Source: Takakia lepidozioides
Lineage: Eukaryota; Plantae; Bryophyta
Direction of reading: 5' to 3'
DNA length: 64,000 nt
Assembly (NCBI GenBank): GCA_030704615.1
Contig: CM060733.1
Location: 31,124,001 to 31,188,000 of the forward strand
Positions 38,266-51,398 of this stretch are shown here, one piece after another. The notes under the pieces were generated by a model. That model worked only from the letters and a program-made list of their open reading frames with translations. It was not told where the DNA came from and ran no database searches. Made by a program: the position numbers and the translations under genes. Position 1 is the first letter of the stretch. Each line of letters begins with the position of its first letter.

Positions 38266-39295
38266 TGTTAGAGGACTGTCAGGGACTTAGACACTTTTAC
38301 AGGATCTGAGGAGTACCCTTAATTTTTGCACAGACTGAGACCAACAGGAGCCTTAGGGGTGACAGCAGCGCACTATAGAGGGGAATTACACAGCCAACAC
38401 AGCCCGTCACAGTCGTCACAGCCGACACAGCCAACACAGCCAGTCACAGTCGTCACACCCGACACAGCCCATCACAGCCAACACAGCCCGTCACAGCCAG
38501 TCACAGCCCGTCACAGCCCAACACAGAAGCACAGCCAGTCACAGCCCATCACAACCACACAGCCAGTCACAGCTTGACACAGCTGTCACGACCATAGGGA
38601 ACGGATAGCAGGACAGGGAACGACTGTGGGAACAACATCTGCGAATGGAACATGATTAGTTCATGGACGACGGTTAGTGAGGAAAACGGTTAGAACAACG
38701 GGTAGGAAAATAAAGCGAGGAGCGAGGACTGGAGGAGGATCACTTCTGGAGATCACGGGGGAATCGGTTCTTGACATGGATTGTGGAGATCACTTCTTGA
38801 CATGACTTCGGGAGGGGACTTCGGACATCATGGAGGGAAATGAGGCAGATAGCGTATCTATGAGCAGAAAGAGGGAGAACACGGAGCAGAAGGAGGATGA
38901 TCTGTGATGCTTAATAGAAGCAAACAGTAGAATTATAATGTAGAGCAGATTAGAGACTCCAGGGCTTTAGCCTGATACTTGATAGATATTAATCTGATAC
39001 ATACTTTATACTCACACTGTGTAGAGAGATCTGAGTGAAGCTGTGGAATGAATGGATGAGTTGATGGAATCCGATAGATTGATGAAGCAAACGGATACTT
39101 AATTATCAATAGTAAGGTAGCTAGCTAACATGAATGCGGAAAGGAAAACAAATAGGAAACACCCCCATGATACAGTAGCTGTAGGTCATGACTGATTGTT
39201 CTGAGCGGGCTGAGTACTTAGAGATTTCCAACTCTTCTATCTTGGAGTTTCCGCCTCGGATAGCGAAGGGATGGGTGAGTAAAAGCTGCGCGACA
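38266..39295 (+). repeat. 3' LTR
   Basis: Direct repeat of the 5' LTR, followed by TSD AAGCC. Confidence 0.97.
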
Positions 39296-41029
39296 AAGCC
39301 TAGACATTAGCTTTTTGTAATAGCATTTGTACATTTCACATTTTTTCTTATAGAATTTGGATGAACACGTTAGTTGACTGTCCAACAAAGGAATTGGACC
39401 TCGACATTAATGTCAACGTTCTCATGCAATAAGATTAGTTTTCTTCACAACTCTACGTGGACTGAAGATTACAATTACCTCAAATACTGTTAATCAATAA
39501 ACAATAGATGAATGTCGACGTTAAGATTATGATATAACTCTATATAACAATAGAGTTTAAGTGCAGCGTAAATCTAACTGTAGTTATTTCAGTAGATGAT
39601 GAAGTGTCATGTGAGATATGTTGAAACTAACTGTCACTGGCTGTCTACTCAAGACAGGCAATTTAGGAAAACGGTCTTCTGCGAATGGACGTCGACATTC
39701 ATGTCGAGGTCGAGTTAATTTAGAACAATTCTTTGGAAAAGTAGGATCAACAAGATTTTGTGTTTCAATGAACTGAGGCAATTCATAGGTGGTTGTGTAG
39801 GAGTGATTATTCTGGAAATGATGAAACAATCGAATACTCATCGAGCTTCTACCCAATTCCCGGACCTCCCGAATACGAGCTTCCGGACCTCATTGAACCA
39901 CCTGAAAATAGCCTACTCATCATCCGGTTCGGAGGCAGCAGACTCGCCTGGATATTATCCGTTCTCCCCTGAATACATGCCAACCTCACCACGGTACATT
40001 CTTTTTTCTAGACGAAATATCCAACGGCCATATGAATACATGTTATTCTACCCTACATACAGTCCAGAGACTTGCGTTCCACGCACATCATACCCCACTA
40101 CAACAGATTGCGGCTTTTATGACTCCCATGGATGCGCAGTCATAACAGATTTGTGGTAGAAATGCCATTTGCAGTCGTAAATGCCTTTAAAGTCATAATG
40201 CTGGTCTGAGAAAGGCGTATATGCGACTGCATGACTCCGGACTCTGCGCAACACAGGTCAAACCTGTTTGACCCACGAATGGGCATGGCGGATATGACTA
40301 TTAGTCACGTTCATGGCTTCACTGGAATGACGTGTGCATATTGCTAGACGGACATATGACTTTATGACTCTCACTCTAATGCATTACATGAGATCCAAAT
40401 CATCACATGAGAAAATCTGACCACTCTGGCGTGTAATGAATTTTAAAACAATATTCAGAGTAGACTAACAAAAAATCCGCAAGTGAAAAAAAAACAAAAA
40501 CACAAAGGATTTAAAAAAAGCACATCAGCTGGTAAGTGCACATTGTGGTCGCCCTTGGTTCAAACCCGCTGCCCTACCCCGTGTGGGGATTGTTGTGAGA
40601 GTATGTCTGGGCTGATCGTCTTGTAGGTCTCATGGCCCATAAATGAAGGGGGTTAATTTTTCCCCCTCCTCAAGGGCATAAGGTTTCCTTTAAAAAAAGA
40701 AAAAAGAAAAAAGAAATCAAAAAGTTGCTTATAGGGTTTGCAAAAAAGTTAAAAAACTTAAAAAGTTGCCCATCACGATAGCCGTGAATAGACTTAGAGC
40801 GAGCGGAAGGGAGAGAGAAAGGGCTGGGACTTAGAGCGAGCGAGCGGGAGGGAGGGCAAACATGCATGGGAGCCCCGCAATTGGAGCAACCTTCGCATCT
40901 GAAGTAAGCAACCCTAGAAACGCTAGGATATGTGTGCGATGAGGTTTTCGGCTGGGAGCTCGCCGTTCTTGGGAGAGTCGTTGTCAGGCCGTGTTTCAAT
41001 CTCTACCCGCTCAGCCCTAATTTTATAGC

Positions 41030-43545
41030 ACGGAGCAGAGCTGGCATGAGTTTCTTAAAGATCCTTCACGATGGTGGGACAACCGCAATCGCAATGTGTG
41101 GTTTTTTTTAGTGTACGATGTGAAGAAGTTTGTCCATCCCGCAAATGTGGGTTGTTGGCTCCTGTTAGTACCATGATTTGGTATTCTTACTGATGTTTAC
41201 AAGGTTCTTGGGAGAGTTAGCTTGGTCTTAGCGGGCCGTGTTTCAATCTTTGCCCACTCAGCTGCACCGTGGTGGTTCTCACTGACCAATCCGACATTAC
41301 CTAACCACAGACACAAGCAGCACACACAAGAGGTCCTCTTGGGTTCATGGTCAGTCAAATCCTCCATGGGACATGACACAAGGTCGAGGACAATATGGTT
41401 TCGACTAATGCCACCCTCCTTGCTGAACTCTCTAAAGAAACAAGAGTGCCACACTGTGGCTCTCCATTTTTTCATGTATGCTTCGAAGGAGACCTTCGGT
41501 GCTGTCATAGTGATGCCATAGTCAGCCAGCTGAGTATGCAGAACCGACCGTGCCCTTTCTTCCAACTGCAAAACAATTCAAATGCAAGAATGAACCCAAA
41601 AAAAAACACAGCGAATGTGAGAGGCAATGGAAAGAGAAGGATAGGAAAAGAGAAAAGAAAGTGACACAGGAAAGGACATCACACCTGGCTCCAGTAAGTG
41701 GCCTTGTGAAGCCATGTGTCCAGCACATTGTCACTGACAAGAATGACACGCTAGGTCTTTTTCTCTTTCTCCGGCCTGGGGAACATGTGGGTATCCCTAA
41801 CTGTGGGATCGGAGTTCCATATCTGTAGCCACTTCACCTTCTGTTCTGAAGACACAACGGCGGTAGACAACCTGTGTAACTTCTCCTGGGCCATCTCTGG
41901 CTTGCCTGGCTTGTTATAATGGTTTTTTTTTTATCTCCAAGAGAAACTGCGATCCGAATGATGGGTCGGCAATTCTCAACTGCTTCACAAAAGCACTCAT
42001 TATAGTCCTTCTTGTAGCGGTCATCTCTTTCTGGATGTGACTCTCAACCCCCTTTGCTGTCCTTCTCTCCTCAGGGGTTGAGCTGTAGTATTCCAGTTTG
42101 CCACGCTCCCCTGCATCTACAATGTCTTGCTGCTGAGGGCACCTTCTTCTTTGACTTATTTCAGCCTATTTTGCCCTCTCATCAGAGGAAGCCCTGATTT
42201 TGCATATTGAAGTCGGTAAGTTAGCTTGTTGGGTGGATCTGTGGTGGTTTGGAGTGACTTTGATGTTACTCAGGCATTGTATCAGAGAATGGATATCGTC
42301 TTCATGCCGTTGGCATGTCGGACATTTACTATCTCCTTTACCTCTCTACATCTGTGCAAAGATAGACTCCCCAACTTGAGTTTAAATTTCAAGTCTGGTG
42401 TCAAGGGTAGAGGTAGGCCCTCCAGATCATCCTCAAGGTCCTCTATGTGCCCTTATAATCAGGTATGGGGAGAGGTGTACTTCAACCTGACCACATCACG
42501 TTGGTTTGTGGGGGCAAAGCATGTGCGAGCATGGCAGCGGGCTGGAAAAGGGCAAAGACTTCCATGGCGACATCTTCAAAGCGCGAACTGTACCAGGTAT
42601 GATTCTGAGCACTGCCCTGGGGACATGTATGCCAAATGCGAGCATGCTACCTCTGAAGGCGCAAAGTTCCTAGGTGACATCGTCAAAGCTGGAATTGTAC
42701 TAAATATCATTCTGAGCACTGCCATACAGCACATGTATGCCAAATGTGAGCCTGGCAGCCCTAGAACTGGGCAAAGAGGTCCATGGTGACATCGTCAAAG
42801 CTGGAATTGTCCCAGATGTGATTTTGAGCACTGCCCTCATGGACATGTATGCCAAATGTGAGCCTAACAACCTTGGAAAAGAGAGCAGAGGCCATGGTGA
42901 CATTATCAAATTAGCTGGAACGTACCATATGTGATTCTGAACACAAGTTTAGGCGAGCGTGGCAGCCCTGGAAAAGGGAGTAGAGGTCCATGGTGACATT
43001 GTCAAAGCTAGAACTGTACACCAAATCTGATTTTGAACACTGCCTTGGTGACATGTATGCCAAATGTGAGTCTGATAGCTGTGGAATGGACGGACAGGTC
43101 CTCGGTGATGTTGTCAAAGCTGAAATGTACCAGATGTCATTTTGAACTCTGCTCTGGTGGATATCTATGCCAAATGCGAGCTTGGCAGCCCTGGAAAATG
43201 GAACAGATCCATGGTGTCAATGTCAAAGCTGGAATTGTACCAGATGTCATTTGAACTATACCCAGGTGAACATGTATGCCCAATGCGAGCCTGACAGCTC
43301 TAGGAAAGGGCACAGAGGTCCATCATAGGTCCTGCATGGATAGATGGTCAATTGGAAGCTGCAGAAGCAGCGGCACAATTGATAAAATCAGACACTGCTA
43401 ATCAAGGTACATTTGGATCGCGGTCTGAGACAATATCTTTCGGGAGTCCATGATGCTTGAAGACGTGGGTGAAGTAAAGTCGCCCCAACACATTTCACCT
43501 GTTTTCGGCCCTAAATTTTCATGTTGAATTCTACAAGATAGCTTG
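41030..43545 (+). pseudogene. PPR pseudogene pieces: N-terminal module (41240-41400) and tandem L/S-motif fragments (42480-43325), interrupted by foreign sequence
   Basis: Same upstream and N-terminal modules as 14298-14620. SLAALELGKEVHGDIVKAGIVPDVILSTALMDMYAKC units. LINE piece at ~42355-42450 (-). Confidence 0.8.
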
Positions 43546-43599
43546 AGTGGACATGATACTGCCAACGTGACACCTGGAAAGTATCCAGAAACAGGTAAC

Positions 43600-44337
43600 A
43601 GAGACGAGGCGAAGCTCTGACCCCAGTCAATGGTGGGACAATGGAGGCAAAAAGGTGAATGCATGTTGGATTGCAGAGAGTAGCAGACGCAATTCAGCAT
43701 ATGAACTAGTGTGATAAGCTACATGGCGGGTCTTTCCGAGGCAATCAAAGACTGACTTACAAATTGCAATCCTCAAATCAGAGTAATATTTCCACACACT
43801 GTCTCCATAATGAAATTTTAAGTCAGGTGTAGTGTAAACTATGGGCTTCTCTTCTTCAAACAACTTGTGAGCCAGCTCCCTTGCCTCTATCCAGGTAAGA
43901 TCATTTTTTTCCTTGATGTTGGACTCAAACAACTTCCTAGCTTCTCCCTTGAGACAAATCCAAAATGATTTAACTTGAAATTTTGGTGGAACACCATTCA
44001 TCTCCGTGCTGATCTCAAAAAACTCCAAGAAGGACTCAAAATCTTCCCCTAGATGCTACTCAGGGTACTGCTGCTTATGCATGCGTTCGCCAGGCTCAGT
44101 TTTCCGAGATGCAGTATCTGGAGCTTCAGTTTGCTTCAATAACATCTTCATGAGAGGGGGGCAATTAGAAATCACCCCCATGGCTTCACACAGCTCCTCC
44201 ATATCAAATGTGGGTGGAGAATCAGCCGCCGGACCCTTCTGTTGGAGGTCTGCGGACGACTCTCCGTGTTCAGTGTTCTTTTGTTCATTAGCTGCTGTCC
44301 ATTCTCTCTCCTCCGCTGCGGCGTTGTTCCAACTCAC
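43600..44337 (-). mobile_element. Retrotransposon gag remnant
   Basis: GEDFESFLEFFEISTEMNGVP..KSFWICLKGEARKLF..LTWIEARELAHKLF resembles a Gag capsid. Confidence 0.6.
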
Positions 44338-45204
44338 TTAGTCCCATGGTTTCTTCAGCCTCTTTCTCTAACATAGCTCTTGTAAAACAGGCATGGGTAA
44401 GGAGACACTACTACCTGTCCAAAGGGGCACTGAGCCGTGAATCCCACCCGGACACGCAATGAGAGGTCATGAAGCGGTGCTTGTGCAGCAAGTACACGCC
44501 TTCAACCAAGAACTGCCACACCTCGTCCTCACTCTTGAGCCAGAAGGTGACCCAAACTATACTGCGAATCACCTTTTCTTTCACCAGGAGAGTGTGAGCA
44601 TGATAGCTCTTTGCAACAATACCGGGTTTGTACAAGCAAACAGTCTCTCGGCAAAAACAAATCCCTGGAAACACCACCACGTCACTCGTGCAAAACGGAA
44701 AGTCAGTATCAACAATGTCCGTCCATCCATACTTCATCCAGACCACATCCTCCCTCCATTCATCCAAGCCGAATGAACAGGCGAGGGAGAAATCCCATGT
44801 CCGCAGTCCCCTATTCACTATTTTTTTTTAAAATTATTATTATTATTTAAACAAGGCGTAAGATACACAAAGGCCCTGCCATTGTTTTATTGATATGAAG
44901 TTTTATCGAATTATGTTATGGCTAATAATAACATATCTTACGGTGATGGGCAAACCTGGGTGCGAGCTACCCAAAGAGCTATCATGGCTAGAGCAGAGAA
45001 AGGCTCGAGCCAAAAGAAACGGAAAAATAAAATATACCGAGCTATGCCCCGATTGAACGAACGAGAACGTAGGGAGCTGGGAGGTAACTCGATCGCTTTG
45101 GGGCTCTCTTACTTTGGCAAAACATAAGAAAAAGGTGAGAGTGCGGGGCATACTCAACATAACACACCAATAGGAGCCTTGGCACGGTGTAAGGTCCTTT
45201 GACC

Positions 45205-45357
45205 AAAAAAAGTATGACGCCTCCCAAAGGAAGTGTAACTTATGGAGTAACTATACTTCCGCTAGGAAGGTGGACACCTTGATGACACACCAGACCGTGG
45301 TTTGAACCCACAACCACATCCAATGTGGTATGTGCCCATTACCACTTGGCTACATGC
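45205..45357 (-). mobile_element. tRNA-derived SINE-like head
   Basis: A-box TAGCCAAGTGG and B-box GGTTCAAACC on the minus strand, ending in a T-run. Confidence 0.4.
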
Positions 45358-45443
45358 TGTTGTCTCCTTTGATCACATTTTCTCCATTGGCTTGAACATG
45401 TTGCAAAGTCTCTCTCTACCAAAGAGCCAATAAAGAAATGAGA

Positions 45444-45742
45444 GTAACATGTGCCCAACCGGGAACTACAAACTTTCATGTTGCCATGAAGTCTCGTGGG
45501 AACAACCCATGATATAAGATTAAGATCGCTTTAGGCAACTTGATGCATCATCCCTACCCTGTCGGGCAGGGCCAATAAATAAATAAACTTACTTTATTTA
45601 TTCATCTGTTGGCCCTGCCTGACAGGTTAGGGACTACCACATCAAGTTGGCCAAAGTGACCTTACCCTTATATCATGGGTTGTTCCCCATGAGACTTAAT
45701 GGGAACATGAAAGTTTTTAATTCCCAGTTGGGCACATGTTAC
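45444..45742. repeat. ~300-bp foldback inverted repeat (MITE-like)
   Basis: GTAACATGTGCCCAAC...GTTGGGCACATGTTAC, with imperfect pairing inward to ~45590. Confidence 0.9.
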
Positions 45743-46203
45743 AATTCATATCAATAAAACAATGGCAGGGCTTCCGTGTATCTCACAACTTGTTTCTTTT
45801 ATTGGAGATTTTTTTGAAAGGATTAGCAGTGCAGAAACAAAGTTTCCAATGGCTTTCAGTTAGTTCCGCGGCACAAGACTCCTCCATGGAAGTGCAGGAA
45901 TCTTCTAGGCTCGCACAGCGGCCGGTTCCGACCAGAACCAAATCACAATGGGCAGGTTTAAGTTCAGTACAAAATTGTATGGCACATGAAGTTTGCATGC
46001 GCGAGCACCAGCCTTCAGCTAGCCAGGTTCAGAGTCCACAGGTTGTTGATCGGACGACCAAATGAGAGTAACATGGGGCAAGAAGTGGTTAAAAGGGCGA
46101 ACCATGATCTGCCCAATCTGATTCAGCAAAGAATGGAAAAACAAATTCAACAGCATATTTACTTCTATGGCCCCGGAGAAGGGGGTGTTATTGCTACCAA
46201 AAG

Positions 46204-49200
46204 CTATAGCAATGGCTCCTTACTTTCACCAAAGTCCAGCCAGTCCCAGTTGGCTATGCTCTCAGAGAAATCCTTGGGGTCATCTTGTTGAGACGAGCTT
46301 TGCTGACGAGGGTTGGCCTCCCTGTAGGCTTTTGCCATCTCCTCTGCCTCACTGAATACCCTCTACATTTTTCCAACCACAAACATCCCCACAAACTTGT
46401 AAGGCATGTGATAACAAGGAACCAGATTTTTACTAGGCAAACGTGGACTGATCTTACCTCTCAAACATCCATCATTGCACCTAGAAATGTTGGAGGTACT
46501 GTTGACTTAGAACCTCCATGAAATTTGCCCGGCCAACAGCTTTCATTTGCAGAGATACTGTCTTTTGCTTCAAATGTCTGATATGCTCCATAACTCTATG
46601 ACAACATTGGCTAAGTCATGGACATGTGGAGGAGTGACTGCATTTGGTTGCAGACAACTCAGTCTATTCATCCTTCTAGCACTTTGCCTAAAAGGTGGAA
46701 AGGCTATATGGCATATACAACAGACAACTAACTTTGTTGAAACCAAAAGCTTATCAACACTCTGAACAAATGTATTCAGCAGGGGAAAATCCACAGTAAA
46801 GCCACTTCCATTACCCTGCAGATCTCATGAACACAGAACTAGCAAAATAAGCTTGACCCCAGCGTTCTTGACATCAGTGTAAAAGCCCTGCAAAATGGAG
46901 TTCCGTTCAAATCCTGGATGCCTTGTTTTGGCTACGACCTATTTTAGCCAGGGAGAGGCAAGTAGTCAAGCAAGGTCAAGATCGTGGCCCTAATCACAAT
47001 TCCAAATTAAAAACTCAAGAAGAGATTCACCTGCTTGTCGGAAAGCATAAGCCCATTCTCACTCTCCAAAACAGAAGTGCTGCATGCACCAGCATATATT
47101 AGCCAAACTCAAAGAAAGGGGGTGATTAAATCACTCGTGATATAGAGCGAAGGATACGCGCAGACAGGGCAAAAGTTGACCCAAGATCCTCACACTGGAG
47201 CAGCCCATTTCTCCACAGAAGTACATTGATTTCGAGTATCAGCTGAACCAAGTTCAGAAAAACCTTATCCATTTACATGCAAAGTAAACTCCAGACTTAC
47301 AACAAAAAGGTGCCTAAGGAAAGAGAGAGAAGATCGCATCCAATGGAAACAGAAGTCAGTCCATGCAGAATTCACAAACCTGTCTTATGCCAATAAGAAA
47401 AAGAGAAAACAGGAGGATACAAAGAATAAAGGAAACAAACAAACTACATGCAACATTGTTTCTTTGTATGTTGATCACAGAGCCTGAGACAGTTCAACCA
47501 AGAGTGACTCCTGTGCTGGGAATCCCACTGACTTCATCAGTGTCCAACAGTGACTTCAACCTAGATACCTTGGGAGCAGAGGTGCTCCCCAGCACTGTAA
47601 TTGGAAACCTCACCAATGCCAACGACTTCTAATGATCTTATACAAACAGTAACACCTTACTAAGATCACCAGCGCTTTTGAAGATTGCAACATCAACAAA
47701 CTAGCTATCAAAGGGCTAAAGCACATATGAACCATAAAAGTCACAAGGCAATACCTGAAAGCATATTTGTGTTCTGTTGGGGACTCCACCGCCATCACTT
47801 TCACGTGTTCCCCCAATTGGAAGACATCTTCAACCCGGTCAATTCTTGCATGTGCTATGTTGCTAATGTGCACCAATCCACTGCAGCACCGACCCCCAAC
47901 AGCATATACAAATTCTCAAGCATTTCAGACTCCTGTGCTGCATTAGTAGTAATCCTCCCTTCCGTCCTTCTTCCCCACCCACTGCTGTATATCTTTTCAA
48001 TGAGATATATCTTTTCAACTCCTCACAAGGAGAAGACGCACAAATGGAGCAGAGCAGGAAGGGACGGGAACTGGACTTAGATATGACACTCAGACGCCAC
48101 GTACCTCACATCTGTACCATTGACCTGGACCAAGGCTCCATATTTATACACATGGTTTATAGTACCCTCCACAAGTGCGCCTGGATAAAGGTTTTGGGAA
48201 ATCTGCAGAATAAGCCAAAAAAGAAATCCCATCAAATCGCAGGACATAGGAATATTGTTGACTGCCTTTCCTGATATTTATTTTAAGAGAGGAAAGATGG
48301 AAGGACGGAAGTATGTAGGGTGTTGGATTCGCCTGAGCATCTAGGTCAATTTAGTTCACTAGTGCAGAAGTTGTGGAGGTTCATTAGGGTTGAGACTAAA
48401 CAAGGAGGTGATATTACATATACTAGAAATACTGAGAAGAAAACCAATTGCTTCGTCTAGACCAAGTTCCAAAGTTTCAAGATGGGATGACCATCAGTGG
48501 GCATTAGATACTTTAAATCATTACCCAAGCTTCCTTTTCGCTCACAACAAGATTGCCATTTTTCTCTTCAACACTGACAATCAGCACCCATATTTGCTTG
48601 CCCACCTGAGACAACCACATCATCATCAGCAGTCAAAAATCTGTTGCCCTCCTATGTCCAAATGCATGTGCAGGACCTGACACCGATGTATTGTCCAACA
48701 GACAATACATATCCTTAGAAGTATTGAGGTATCTCCATACTTAAAATTAAAGGTAAAGAAGAAAAAAGAAAAAAAGAAGTACTGAGAAGATCTGATCTAC
48801 GGTCCAGACAGTACTATTCAGGACAAGGAACTGCTCCAAGTGGACACAACATCCACACATTGCGTTCCCATATCCCCTTTGAATCTGTTGGTTCCGCACA
48901 GGATAATGTTTGATCCCTGCTGAGGAGAAATCCACTTACATAAGTTTTCAAGCACTGTAAAGGGGCTTCCGTGGGTTGCTTGAGGAATTCACCCAGTGGT
49001 AAAAATGCCCGTACTCCCTGCAACAAAACATGATACACCATCTTTTGTTGATATACACAGCTTCACCTCATCAAACGCACATTATAAACAGTAAAAATCT
49101 CAGGTATTTTACAGTGGCAGTGTTTATGGAGGTTTAACTTGATGACCCAAGAAATGGGTAAATCTTACAAGGGAAAATAGTAGCTCCTCACAAGAAATGA

Positions 49201-51398
49201 CAGGAATAGTAGAGTGTGGCACCGAAAGCACCAGCCTCAAACCACCTTCGTCATTGGATAACCAACAGTTGTTCTTGTTTGAAACTAACTATGGGGAATG
49301 ATCTTAATAAGCCTCATTGTGTATGGCAATGTCTTAGGCCTATATCTGCAATGTGACAAGACATACAGACGAAACATGCCATCAGGTGTTCCAGTTTTTG
49401 AGGAGGGATAACATTGCCATGACAGTGCGCCAGAGAGTAGATGTACTCAATGACCATTCCTAGATTGTTGAAAACAGTAAGTCCTGGGTGGGCTACGACA
49501 CACCCTCCCCAGGGATGCATGAGGAGGAGCTGTCATGGGAAGTTAACCGACTAGAGAATAAAGCTTAAAATTCCTTTGGCACTTGCAAATGGCCAATGAC
49601 AACCCAATTACTCTGGAATGACTCTTGGTTGCATGAATTCTAGTTGAGATCATTAGGTCCTCTACCTGAACACAGATGTAACACATGAGGGGGGGTACAA
49701 AAAGAGAGAGGGAGAAGGAGAGCAGCTAGATATACCTCAATCCTGGAAACAAGACCTGCAGGATTCCATTCTGAAATTCGAATTTCAATTGGCTCCTTCT
49801 CCTGGTTGATCTGTGATCCAGACATTCTCATTCAAGGTCAGCTTCATTAGCCTCCCGACCCCAACCTCTCTCTCGCCTGTGGATGTCATAATGTCTTTCT
49901 TCCTTTATCTCTGACTCTTTCGGTACACTATGCGCTGCTGTGTCCCGTGTTACTTTGTCTAATGCTTTGCACAAACTATAACAAACACACACCCCAAGAT
50001 ACAGACTAACCACAGTCCTTGTCACTTCTATTGAAGTGGCACCAGAAATGCTTCATAATTACATTACTACCACTTGTCTGCAGATCCACTGGTGACTTGG
50101 CTGCTTGCAATTGTTGTTAGGGAGTGCAGCAGTAGCAGAAAATCAAGGGCGTTGTGAGTCAATCATGTAGGTTCCTCACTCGCAGTGTAGAAAAGTATAC
50201 AGGATTCCAAAGTAGAGGAGGCACAAACCTGCCGGACGCGTTCCCATGCAAGACGGCTGGCAGCTTTGCGAGCGGAGAGCAGCGGCCTCCCACTGATACT
50301 GTTTGCAAATACCTCCATTGTTAAGACAGTCCCCACATCAACAATTAGGGGTCCCTTTGATAGAAACCTTAAAATCTCATCATCATGCACGACCCGAGGC
50401 TGGCCCATGGGTGGGACCGGATCATAATCTTCTTGCCGATCCAGACTGCCTTCCCTTGGCATTTTCCACGAGACACTGTCCAACTCACATTTATCAAGTG
50501 GCATTGCGTCCTTAAGAAGTATATGCCCTAGTTTCTTAGCGCCAATGTCTACGTCCAGCTTGCCTTGGTTGCCAGAGACCACCACCCCAACTACTCGGTC
50601 TCCAGCTTTGGGATTATAGTACTCAAGCTCGTCCTCCACTTCTTCCTCACCTATGGAGGTAGTTTTGCTTTCAGCATGGGTTTGATATCCAGAGAGACCA
50701 CTCTCCTGTGAAATGTCTTCGTCCATTTCTTGGGTCTGTTCTCCATCAATTTGAAACTGAGAGAACAGACGTTGATACATCCTTCGGACTGTGTCCTGTT
50801 CTTCAGTAGGAGAGCTCGTAGACAGGTCTTGTGCTTGAATTAAACTCTCTGAAGACTCTGATGACTCGCCTGTTAGAAACCTGTTGTTTACCTCCTCCTT
50901 TTTATCTGCAACAATCTCTGCTTCAGTTGCAGGTGCCTCAACACTGTCGGTCACAATCTCTTCACCATCTCCACACTCAACACCAATTTCACCTCCAGGT
51001 AATGAGCTTGAATTTGAACAGCCCTCTTCCCTGGCCAATTCTGGCTCAGCTGAAGACAACCTTTCGGCGTCAACATCTTCGACCGCCATACTGCCATTCT
51101 GTGTGACCTGGGTCTGATACAAAAGGCTAACATTCAAACTTTCGGGACTGAGCTCTGAGTACGATCCTTCGAATTTTGTCCTCTCCGTACTTGCTGCATA
51201 TATCCGAATATGAGTATCCCTCGCCACCTTCTTGTTTAATACTAACGCTATCTTTTTCTGGCTGGCCGCGCGGCCCCTCCATAGTCCAAACGATGGGGGG
51301 CGTGCTATTGTAAATCGATTGTTTTCCACATTGTATCCACTCTGGTTACGCCAAAGGGGTGAGCCCTGCCACAGCTGGACGCCTGAACGGGCTAACAT
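46204..51398 (-). CDS. RLSB: Plastid S1-domain RNA-binding protein (RLSB/PDE338/BSF-like). Exons ~51398-50229, 49810-49736, 49017-48940, 48605-48525, ~48203-48104, ~47880-47756, ~47080-47028, 46362-46204
   Basis: YYNPKAGDRVVGVVVSGNQGKLDVDIGA, GRPLLSAR..AWERVRQ, EPIEIRISEWN.GL..RIEG.RAFLP, GLVHISNI, RVFSEAEEMAKAYR..ANWDWLDF. GT-AG boundaries and a transit-peptide-like N-terminus. Confidence 0.85.

Larger units (their letters stand above)
25932..39295 (+). mobile_element. Full-length Ty3/gypsy non-chromovirus LTR retrotransposon (13.4 kb) with extra ORFs
   Basis: LTRs 25932-26936 and 38266-39295 (TG..CA), perfect TSD AAGCC (25927-31 and 39296-300), PBS TGGCGACCATACTGGGA (26939-26955), PPT GAGAGGGGAAGGGG before 38266. 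Confidence 0.97.

Noticed and set aside
39758-40159. YSPTSP-like (Pol II CTD) repeats
   Set aside because: Only two or three degenerate units and no supporting context.
40525-40660. SINE/tRNA-like A and B boxes
   Set aside because: A-box is incomplete, with no cloverleaf, tail or TSD.
44411-44850. Overlapping ORFs upstream of the gag remnant
   Set aside because: No recognisable domain in any frame.
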